A program made the position numbers and the translations under genes. Positions 1-9,690 of a stretch of 21,477 nucleotides of DNA are shown here, piece after piece. This DNA is from Myxococcales bacterium. Lineage in GTDB: Bacteria > Myxococcota > Myxococcia > Myxococcales > Anaeromyxobacteraceae. The notes beneath the pieces are model-generated. The model had not been told where the DNA came from. It was given only the letters and a program-made list of their open reading frames with translations, and did no database searches. Positions within the stretch are counted from its first letter, which is position 1; each line of letters starts with the position of its first letter. The stretch is taken from assembly GCA_038320275.1 (NCBI GenBank), contig JBBQEB010000055.1, forward strand, positions 1-21,477. Direction: 5' to 3'.

Positions 1-189
1 GTGGTCGTTGCCCACGGCCGTGACGCCCACCACGCTCCGCTGCCAGAGGTCGTTGTCCTCCACCTCGGCGATCGACACGTTGAACTTGGCCTTCACCCGG
101 TCGATGGCCGAGCGCAGGAGGTGGCGCTTCGATTTCAGCGACCCCGGCTCGGGGAGGAAGAGGGTCAGGCGCAGGACTCCGACGAACAT
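1..189 (-). CDS. DUF503 (YlxP-like) protein, runs off the window edge
   Basis: Not in the ORF track. Manual translation from ATG at 189 gives MFVGVLRLTLFLPEPGSLKSKRHLLRSAIDRVKAKFNVSIAEVEDNDLWQRSVVGVTAVGNDH, with the DUF503 motifs SLKxKR, FNVSIAEV and DLWQR. It lies in the usual position downstream of infB. Confidence 0.9.
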   Translation of the reverse strand, partial: MFVGVLRLTLFLPEPGSLKSKRHLLRSAIDRVKAKFNVSIAEVEDNDLWQRSVVGVTAVGNDH

Positions 190-216
190 GAGAACCCGCC
201 TAGCGCGGCCCGCTCC

Positions 217-258
217 CCGGCGCATCAGCCCGATGCATCGGCCGGGATCCTGCGCCGG
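217..258 (-). other. Intercistronic hairpin directly after the infB stop
   Basis: CCGGCGCA (217-224) pairs with TGCGCCGG (251-258), enclosing the perfect palindrome CCGATGCATCGG (230-241). There is no U-tract. Confidence 0.4.
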
Positions 259-3072
<2,814 letters not shown>

Positions 3073-3083
3073 TGCCGACACTC

Positions 3084-3347
3084 CTAATCCTTACGGAACT
3101 TTCCCGTCAACCCATCCCGGAGCGCGCCGGGGTCATCGAGGACGCCTGCACCGCGGAACGCGCGGCCGAACGCTTTGCGCTTCGCCGCCCCCTCGAAGCA
3201 CGCGGCCGACGCGTGCAACCAGGCCCCACGCCCGCCGCCCCGCCCCGCGTCCACCACCACCCGCCCGTCCAGCACCTGGAGCCGCACGAGCTCGGTCCGG
3301 GGCAGGGTCGCCCGGCAGCCGATGCAGGTCCGGATCGGAGATCCCAG
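3084..3347 (-). CDS. ylxR: YlxR/RnpM family RNA-binding protein (DUF448); probable CTG start
   Basis: Extending the track ORF upstream of 3287 gives GSPIRTCIGCRATLPRTELVRL...GRGAWLH...C...KRKAFGRAFR, with the PxRTCxGC and GRGAW family motifs. It sits between nusA and infB. The only plausible initiator upstream of the Cys motif is CTG at 3347. Confidence 0.85.
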   Translation of the reverse strand: MGSPIRTCIGCRATLPRTELVRLQVLDGRVVVDAGRGGGRGAWLHASAACFEGAAKRKAFGRAFRGAGVLDDPGALRDGLTGKFRKD

Positions 3348-3362
3348 GAGCGTCCCCCGCCG

Positions 3363-5024
3363 CTAGATGGGGCTCCCGCTGGCGGCCCGCTCCGCGTCGA
3401 GCTCGCTCCGGAGCTTGGCCTCTTCCTCCAGGTAAATCCCGACGGCGTGCTTGATCTGCCGTGCCTTCTTGATGCCGAGGTCGGTGGACTCGGCGAGCTT
3501 CATGACGTCCGACTCGGCGTGAATGGCGTCCACCGTCGGGTACCCGGCCCGCTTCAAGCTCTCGATGGTCTTCTCCCCGACGCCGCGCACGCGGGCGAGC
3601 CGCTCGTCCTGCGAGAGGTCACTCGGGTGGCGACGCGCCTCGGCGATGCGGGCGGCCTCGCGCTCCCCCTCGAGCCGGATCTCCTCCTCGGTGTCGACCA
3701 CCGCCTGCTCGCGCGCGTTCCGCTGCAGGTCCGCGATCATGTCGAGGCTGAAGCCCGGGAACTGCGTCAGCATCTCGGGGGCCGCCGCCGCGATGTCCTG
3801 CGCCTTGCGGAACCCGTGGGCGTAGAGCATCTCCTGCGTCGCCTCGGGGATGTCGATGGCCGTGAAGCTGATGGTGGCGAACTCGCGCATCTCCTTCACG
3901 CGCGACTCCGAGTTGATGTCGAGCTTCCACCGCGTGAGCTGCGAGGCGAGGCGCACGTTCTGGCCGCGCCGCCCGATGGCGAGCGAGAGCTGGTCGTCCG
4001 GGACGATGATCTCCATGGCGCGGTTCTGATCGTCGAGGAGCACCCGCGAGACCTCCGCGGGCGCCAGAGCGTTGCAGACGAAGCGGGCGAAGTCCTCGTG
4101 CCAGGGCACGATGTCGATCTTCTCGCCCCGCAGTTCCTGGACCACCGCCTGGACGCGGGAGCCCTTCATGCCCACGCAGGCGCCGACCGGATCGATGTCG
4201 CTGTCCCGCGACGACACCGCGATCTTGGCGCGCCCACCGGGCTCGCGCGCGGCCGCCTCGATGACCACGGCGCCCTCCGCGATCTCCGGGACCTCCATCT
4301 CGAAGAGCTTCTTGAGCAGCTCGACCGACCCGCGGGAGAGGATGATCTGCGGCCCCTTCGACTCGCGCAGCACGTCGAGCACGTAGGCCTGGATGCGGTC
4401 GCCGGCGCGGTAGCTCTCGCGCGGCACCTGCTCCCGGACCGGCAGCACGGCCTCGGCGCGGCCGAGATCGACGATGACGTTGCCGCGCTCGAAGCGCCGG
4501 ACGATGCCGGTGATGATCTCGCCCTTCCGGTCCTTGTACTCGTTGAAGATGTTCTCGCGCTCGGCGTTGCGCGTGCCCTGGATCATCACCTGCTTCGCCG
4601 TCTGGGCGGCGATGCGGCCGAAGGAGCGGCGGAAGGTCTTGAGCTTGAGGAGATCTCCCCACTGTTCGTCCTGCGCCTTCGCCTCCACCTCGTCCTCGAG
4701 GCGGTAGTAGAGGGGAAAGTCGAGCTCGTCGCCGACCTCCACCTCGATGCCCTTCTCGGCGGCCACGGCGATGGGGACCATGTTGGTCGGATCGGGAAGC
4801 GGCGCCTCCGGCGTGGGATCGGCGACGATGGTGAGCACCTGGAAGAGGTCGATGCCCCCCTTGTCCTCGTCGTAGTGGGCCTTGAGGTTGCGCTCGATCC
4901 CGAAGTGCTTCTTGGCGGCCATGGCGATGGCCTCCTCCAGGATGGAGATGAGCGTGGCGCGCTCGATGCCCTTGTCCTTCGCGACCTGGTCGAGGATGAG
5001 GTTCAGGTTCACGTTGCCTTGCAT
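3363..5024 (-). CDS. nusA: Transcription termination/antitermination factor NusA
   Basis: Motifs [13 protein letters not shown]1 domain, [26 protein letters not shown] and [16 protein letters not shown], plus C-terminal HhH-like repeats. The start is taken as ATG 5024 (MQGNVNL), 2 nt after the rimP stop. Confidence 0.97.
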   Translation of the reverse strand: MQGNVNLNLILDQVAKDKGIERATLISILEEAIAMAAKKHFGIERNLKAHYDEDKGGIDLFQVLTIVADPTPEAPLPDPTNMVPIAVAAEKGIEVEVGDELDFPLYYRLEDEVEAKAQDEQWGDLLKLKTFRRSFGRIAAQTAKQVMIQGTRNAERENIFNEYKDRKGEIITGIVRRFERGNVIVDLGRAEAVLPVREQVPRESYRAGDRIQAYVLDVLRESKGPQIILSRGSVELLKKLFEMEVPEIAEGAVVIEAAAREPGGRAKIAVSSRDSDIDPVGACVGMKGSRVQAVVQELRGEKIDIVPWHEDFARFVCNALAPAEVSRVLLDDQNRAMEIIVPDDQLSLAIGRRGQNVRLASQLTRWKLDINSESRVKEMREFATISFTAIDIPEATQEMLYAHGFRKAQDIAAAAPEMLTQFPGFSLDMIADLQRNAREQAVVDTEEEIRLEGEREAARIAEARRHPSDLSQDERLARVRGVGEKTIESLKRAGYPTVDAIHAESDVMKLAESTDLGIKKARQIKHAVGIYLEEEAKLRSELDAERAASGSPI

Positions 5025-5026
5025 GG

Positions 5027-5533
5027 TCAGCTCTTCCCCTTCATGTCCGCGTCGAAGTCGTATTCGAGGCGTGCCTTCGCGATGCGGTCGTGCGGGATCC
5101 GATGCACGGTCCCGTCCGCCTCCACCTCCACCATCCCGTCCGCATAGCCGCGGAGCGTCCCGGTCCAGTTCTTCCTCGGCCCGCTGGGCGTGTCGATCGG
5201 CCCGTACGTCTTGATATGCACCCGCTGGCCCGCGAAGCGGGCGAAGTCGTCCGCCTTCCGCAGCGGCCGGTCGAGGCCCGGCGAGCTCACCTCGAGCTGG
5301 TACGCCGGCTCGATGAAGTCCTCGACATCGAGCACCGGCTCGATGATCCTCGAGAGCTCCTGGCAGTGGTCGATGGTGATGCCGCCCGGCCTGTCCACGT
5401 AGATGCGCAGCGCCCACGCCGGGCCCTCGCGCAGCCACTCCACCTCCACCAGCTCGAACCCCTCCCGCACGATCATCGGTTCGAGCAGGCGGCGCGCCCT
5501 CTCGGCGACAGGCTCTGTACCGATGGCGGTCAT
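5027..5533 (-). CDS. rimP: Ribosome maturation factor RimP
   Basis: Motifs [17 protein letters not shown] and [14 protein letters not shown]; first gene of the nusA-infB operon; ATG at 5533. Confidence 0.95.
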   Translation of the reverse strand: MTAIGTEPVAERARRLLEPMIVREGFELVEVEWLREGPAWALRIYVDRPGGITIDHCQELSRIIEPVLDVEDFIEPAYQLEVSSPGLDRPLRKADDFARFAGQRVHIKTYGPIDTPSGPRKNWTGTLRGYADGMVEVEADGTVHRIPHDRIAKARLEYDFDADMKGKS

Positions 5534-5540
5534 GCTTCGA

Positions 5541-5579
5541 AGAAAAAGAAAAAAGTGGGCGCTACTGCAGCCCACTTTC
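5541..5579 (-). terminator. rimP-leader intrinsic terminator/attenuator
   Basis: The minus strand reads AAAGTGGGC-TGCAGTAGC-GCCCACTTT followed by TTTCTTTTTCT, ending a few nt before the rimP ATG. This fits the widely conserved GGGC...GCCC rimP leader. Confidence 0.85.
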
Positions 5580-5619
5580 GTGACCCGGTCACGCCGGGGG
5601 GCGAAAATGTCGAGCGATG

Positions 5620-5648
5620 TAGGTAACAGAAGTGATGCGGACGGTCAA
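5620..5648 (-). promoter_or_regulatory. Candidate sigma70-type promoter for the rimP operon
   Basis: TTGACC (5648-5643), a 17-nt spacer ending in TGT, then TACCTA. The -35 is good and the -10 is weak. Confidence 0.4.
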
Positions 5649-5961
5649 GGCAAGCGGGCGCCCGTTCGCGGGCGCCGGTGTGGATGCCGGCGCGGTGGTC
5701 ATCGAGACGCAGCACGCTGGGCTGGCAGCCCCAAGCCGGAGGTCGAAACCCCCGGCACTGGAAGTGTCGCTGTGCCCCACCGCGCGGTGGACCCGATGCA
5801 AACAGCCGCTTGCAGCCCGCGCGTGGCTCACGCGCCGCGTTCAGCGCGGCGTGTCACTGGCAGTGTTACCCATAAGGGCTCCTCGATCGGGCAGGAACGA
5901 GGTTGCCGAGCACTTCGCCCGTCACGATCGTTTGGTGCCTCACCCACCAAGGAGGTCTCGC

Positions 5962-6564
5962 ATGACGGCGTGGAAGAGCAGGAGCAGGCGTCTGGCCATG
6001 TCACTGGGCGTCGCGGTAGCTTTGGGGGCGACGGCGTTTGGAGCGACGCGCGCCGACGGGGATCGGGGCGACGGAAATCGAGGGGATGGAGGTCGTGGGG
6101 AGCACGACCGGCTGGACTGGCGGGCCGCGAAGGGCCTCGTGATCGCGCCGGTGCGCCTGGACCTCCGCGGGAAGAGCCGCCAGCAGGTGGGGACTGGCAG
6201 CTACCTCGTGAACGCGGTGGCAGGGTGCAACGACTGTCACACCTGGCCCAACTACGCTGCGGGCGGCGACCCGTACCTCGGCCAGCGCATGAAGATCAAC
6301 GCCGCGCACTACCTTGCCGGTGGCCGGCCCTTCGGACCCGGTCTCGTGTCGCCCAACATCACGCCCGACGCCCACGGGAAGCCCGGGGGGATGACCTGGC
6401 ACCAGTTCGAGAGCGCCATTCGCATGGGACACGACCCGGACGGTAGCGGCCGCATCCTCCAGGTCATGCCGTGGCCGGCCTACAGCAACATGCTCGACCA
6501 GGACCTCGAAGCCATCTACGCCTACCTGATGGCCATCCCGCACGCGGAGCCGGCGGGGCCTTAG
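5962..6564 (+). CDS. Secreted mono-haem c-type cytochrome
   Basis: SD AAGGAGG (5949-5955) and ATG 5962. There is a basic plus hydrophobic signal peptide, one CNDCH haem motif in a GxYLV...CxxCHT context, LAGG and PNITPD, a likely Met ligand in VMPW, and C-terminal DLEAIYAYL. Confidence 0.88.
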   Translation: MTAWKSRSRRLAMSLGVAVALGATAFGATRADGDRGDGNRGDGGRGEHDRLDWRAAKGLVIAPVRLDLRGKSRQQVGTGSYLVNAVAGCNDCHTWPNYAAGGDPYLGQRMKINAAHYLAGGRPFGPGLVSPNITPDAHGKPGGMTWHQFESAIRMGHDPDGSGRILQVMPWPAYSNMLDQDLEAIYAYLMAIPHAEPAGP

Positions 6565-6702
6565 AAACAGGCGGTTGGAACGGCGGGCGGGGGGCCCTCT
6601 TCTCTTTTCGGCGACTCCCGGGAAGAGGCTAGTGCTTCCTCTGCCCGTCCGCTCCCCGCTGGGCCTTGGTGCCCCCGCCGCCAGCGGCTCAACGCTTTGG
6701 CC

Positions 6703-7164
6703 ATGCCCCTTCAGCGGGTGTTCGCGCCCGGTAAGATCGACCCTGACCTTCGGCGACGGGTCATGGGCAGCATTCGCAAAAAGGACACGCGACCGGAGTT
6801 GGCTCTTCGAGGTGCTCTCTCCCGCGCTGGTATTCGTGGCTGGCGGTGCAACGTCCGGCTCCCGGCGGGCTCCGTGGACATCGTCTTCACCCGTTGGAAG
6901 GTCGCGGTGTTCTGCGATGGCGTGTGGTGGCACGGCCATCCCGACTACCTGCCGCACGGTCGCCGCGGCTCTTACTGGGACGCCAAGATCGCGAGCAACG
7001 TCGCGCGTGACCGCAAGGTCGCCCGGCAGTTGCGACGCACGGGCTGGTCGGTGGTGAGGATATGGGACATCGACGTGCTCTCGAATCCCGACCGAGCGGC
7101 GCGCCGCGTAATCGCCGCATTGCGCGGGCGCGGCAGGGCTCCCTCCGTCAGACGGAAGCTTTGA
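6703..7164 (+). CDS. vsr: Very short patch repair (T:G mismatch) endonuclease
   Basis: Motifs MxxIRxKDTRPEL, DIVF, VFCDGVWWHGH, YWDAKIxxNVARD and GWSVVRIW; adjacent to a C5 methyltransferase. The start is ATG 6703 or TTG 6697. Confidence 0.92.
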   Translation: MPLQRVFAPGKIDPDLRRRVMGSIRKKDTRPELALRGALSRAGIRGWRCNVRLPAGSVDIVFTRWKVAVFCDGVWWHGHPDYLPHGRRGSYWDAKIASNVARDRKVARQLRRTGWSVVRIWDIDVLSNPDRAARRVIAALRGRGRAPSVRRKL

Positions 7165-8395
7165 GGCGCGCCAGGGCGCCGTAGCCCTGCCCTGTCCCGG
7201 GATGCGCCTCGTGCTGGCCGATGAGGCTGCGGAAGCGCGCTGGTACGGGGGCCACGGGTTCCGGGGGCGGCACCGGTGATCGCCGTTTAGGCAGCAGCCT
7301 GAGCCGGTCATGGGCCGCCGCGCGTCCCAGGAGCTGCCGCTGGATCTCGCGGCCCAGCACTTCAGCGAGCAGCGACGGAACGGCGTTGCCGATCTGCTTC
7401 TGCACGGACGCGCGGCCCCCCTCGACGCTCACGTCGTCCGGAAAGGTTTGAAGGCGGCAGAGCTCGCGCATGCTGAGGCGCCGGTTCTCCCAGTGAAAGG
7501 GGCCCACGGCGGGCCCAGGCTGTGCCTGGATGGTCCAGGATGGCCGGTTCTTCGCGAGCTTCAGGAGAAAGCTCCAGTAGCGGCGTCTCCAGCCGAAGAG
7601 CGGCACTCCCCCCATTCGCTCCGTATGCCAGAGGTAGTTCTGCCCTTCTGGAATGGTTGGAAGAAGGCTCGCCCACTTGCCACGCACGGCGAGGTCCTCT
7701 TCCTCGCCCGGAGCCACACCCGCCAGCGCGTCCCACGCGGTCCGGAAGGGGGCCAGATCGGGGGCACCGAAGAGGTTCGCGGCGGTCCCGCCCATGTCGA
7801 CGTTGAAGTGGGTGGGCTTGGGAAACTCGAACCGCGTGCCATCGCGAGCGCCAATCAAGAACACCCGCTCGCGAAGCTGTGGGACCCCGTGCTCGGCCGC
7901 GTTGAGCACCGCCAGCTCCGGCCGGTAGTTGCTCGAAGTCTCCTCGTTGATCTTCCTCACGGTGTCGAGGAGCAGCTTCAGGCCCTCGTCCTTGCCGCTG
8001 TAGGCCAGCCCTTCGACGTTCTCGAGCAGGAAAGCCCGGGGCAGCGCATCGCGAAGGATGCGCAAGTACGCGCCGAGCGTGTTGGATCGAGGATCACTCA
8101 GCCGAAGCGCATCTCCGCGCTTCCAGTAGCCCGACTTGCTGAACGGCTGGCAGGGCGGACCACCCACGAGCAGATCGGCCTCCCCCCGCCGTAGCCCGGC
8201 TGCCCGAAGGAGCTCCTCGCTGGCGACCTCGAACACGTCGCGCTCGATGACAGGCCAGTTGCGATTGGCGCGCAGGGTCTGACAGCAGTCATGGTCGAGC
8301 TCGAGCGCGACGGTTGTCTCGAAGCCAGCGGCCTCCAGACCGTAGTCGAGCCCTCCCGCTCCCGAAAAAAGGCTGATGACGCGCGCTCTTCTCAC
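7148..8395 (-). CDS. DNA (cytosine-5)-methyltransferase
   Basis: All C5-MTase motifs occur in order: FSGAGG (I), GGPPCQPFS (IV), ENV (VI), QLRER (VIII), RELCRLQ (IX) and QIGNAV (X). GTG start at 8395. Confidence 0.96.
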   Translation of the reverse strand: MRRARVISLFSGAGGLDYGLEAAGFETTVALELDHDCCQTLRANRNWPVIERDVFEVASEELLRAAGLRRGEADLLVGGPPCQPFSKSGYWKRGDALRLSDPRSNTLGAYLRILRDALPRAFLLENVEGLAYSGKDEGLKLLLDTVRKINEETSSNYRPELAVLNAAEHGVPQLRERVFLIGARDGTRFEFPKPTHFNVDMGGTAANLFGAPDLAPFRTAWDALAGVAPGEEEDLAVRGKWASLLPTIPEGQNYLWHTERMGGVPLFGWRRRYWSFLLKLAKNRPSWTIQAQPGPAVGPFHWENRRLSMRELCRLQTFPDDVSVEGGRASVQKQIGNAVPSLLAEVLGREIQRQLLGRAAAHDRLRLLPKRRSPVPPPEPVAPVPARFRSLIGQHEAHPGTGQGYGALARLKASV

Positions 8396-8405
8396 GGATG
8401 TGGTT

Positions 8406-9545
8406 CTACGCCGGCCCTCTGACGCTCACGTGACGCAGACCTGAAGGTGCTGGCTCCTCCGTTCGGGCAGGTCCCACTTGTCGCTCCGCGAGGCAGCGCG
8501 TCATCCAGTCGTCGCCGAAGACCTGCCGCGCGGAGAGCTGGTTGTGCACGGCGCACAGCAGGCGAGTGTTGGCGATCGTCGACGGTCCTCCTCGAGCGAC
8601 CGGCACGATGTGGTCAACCTGGACCCGCACCTTGGAGGCGCAGATGCCACCCGAAGTCACGGGCCACTGGCAAGCCCCATCGTCGCGCGTCCAGACCGTC
8701 CGCTTCACCTCCGCGGGGATGTGGCGCGCGCTCGAAGGTGCGGTTGGCCGGGACTTGCGAGGCTTCACCTCGAAGCCCTTCCTCCGTGCATCCTGCGCGA
8801 GGACGCTGTCGAGCGCCGCCTCCAGCACGGCTTCGAGCTTTCCATCGGGAACCTTGTGCGAGAGAGCTTCTCGTGCGGCTTCCAGCTTGGCGACGAACTG
8901 GCGCGTCACCGTGACGTGCAGGCGGCGCAGGTCGGCCGTGAGAGGAGTGACCTCGCTCTCCCCCGGCGGAACCGAGCGCGCGCCCACGAGCGGCTCCGAC
9001 TCGCCGGGGCTTCCGGATCTGCCCTCCACCGGGCTCGACGATGGCGCCTGTCCAACCGGTTGGACTGGAACGTCGGCAGGAGTCGGCGGCACGACCATTC
9101 TGGTGACCACCGCCCGCTGCGGAGGCGATTCGAAGGGCCGGAGCTCCGCCGAGATCGCCATCGCCTCGCGCTTCGAGGCGTGCAGGAAGCGCGGCAGCAC
9201 CTCCTGCCGGTTCTCGGGCGTGATGACCTTCGAAAGCTCGATGACGGTGGTGATGCAGAGCTGCCCGTCACGCAGCGCATCGAGCACCTCGGGGTATCGG
9301 TGCGCCAGCTCAGCGGCCATCTGCTTGTAATAGGCTGCGCCTCGCGAGAGGCGGAGCTCGCGATGGAGAAAGGCGAACAGGTTGGGATAGCCAAGCTCGA
9401 GCCATCGCCGCTCGCGGTGGAAGTCGGCGAGCGCGACGATGAAGTCCGCTGCGGCATGCCGCTCGCGTTGGAGGAGCTCTGCCAAGCGGTGGGTGAGGAC
9501 GGCGGCGCTTTCAGGTGGCACGTGCTCGGAGGTCGCGAGGTTCAT
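8406..9545 (-). CDS. HNH endonuclease with helical N-terminal domain (DUF222-like architecture)
   Basis: The C-terminus IPAEVKRTVWTRDDGACQW...C...QVDHIVPVARGGPSTIANTRLLCAVHNQ is an intact HNH motif. It follows a helical N-terminus and a Pro-rich linker. The start is uncertain (ATG 9545, 9554 or 9575). Confidence 0.88.
   Translation of the reverse strand: MNLATSEHVPPESAAVLTHRLAELLQRERHAAADFIVALADFHRERRWLELGYPNLFAFLHRELRLSRGAAYYKQMAAELAHRYPEVLDALRDGQLCITTVIELSKVITPENRQEVLPRFLHASKREAMAISAELRPFESPPQRAVVTRMVVPPTPADVPVQPVGQAPSSSPVEGRSGSPGESEPLVGARSVPPGESEVTPLTADLRRLHVTVTRQFVAKLEAAREALSHKVPDGKLEAVLEAALDSVLAQDARRKGFEVKPRKSRPTAPSSARHIPAEVKRTVWTRDDGACQWPVTSGGICASKVRVQVDHIVPVARGGPSTIANTRLLCAVHNQLSARQVFGDDWMTRCLAERQVGPARTEEPAPSGLRHVSVRGPA
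9050..9065. repeat. 16-bp perfect palindrome GTCCAACCGGTTGGAC, copy 1 (inside the HNH CDS)
   Basis: Read directly; identical to 9659-9674. Confidence 0.95.
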
Positions 9546-9658
9546 GAGCACCATTGTCTCAGAATGGTCTGACATTGCTCTCCCTACAATCAGCGATACC
9601 CTTCGAAGCTGCTCGATTGCTTCCCATCGGGCTCCGCGCCCGCTTCGCGTCGGACCTC

Positions 9659-9674
9659 GTCCAACCGGTTGGAC
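9659..9674. repeat. 16-bp perfect palindrome GTCCAACCGGTTGGAC, copy 2 (intergenic, upstream of HNH)
   Basis: Read directly; 16 nt downstream of the nuclease stop codon. Confidence 0.95.
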
Positions 9675-9690
9675 ACCGGCAGCGCCACCT

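Noticed and set aside
5025..5438. N-terminal extension of NusA in the ORF track
   Set aside because: It overlaps rimP out of frame; NusA homology begins at ATG 5024.
5720..5915. c-di-GMP-I/cGAMP riboswitch upstream of the cytochrome gene
   Set aside because: GGTTGCCGA near 5901 is reminiscent of the 3' end, but I could not find the core P2 tetraloop/receptor and GCAAA/GGAAAGCC elements. An Rfam scan would settle it.
5962..6050. Twin-arginine (SRRLAM) Tat signal on the cytochrome
   Set aside because: It lacks the consensus FLK, and c-type cytochromes are normally Sec-exported before haem attachment.
6581..6647. Intrinsic terminator after the cytochrome gene
   Set aside because: Only a short stem precedes the T-rich run, and competing pairings with GGGAAGAGG exist. 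This is not strong enough to call.
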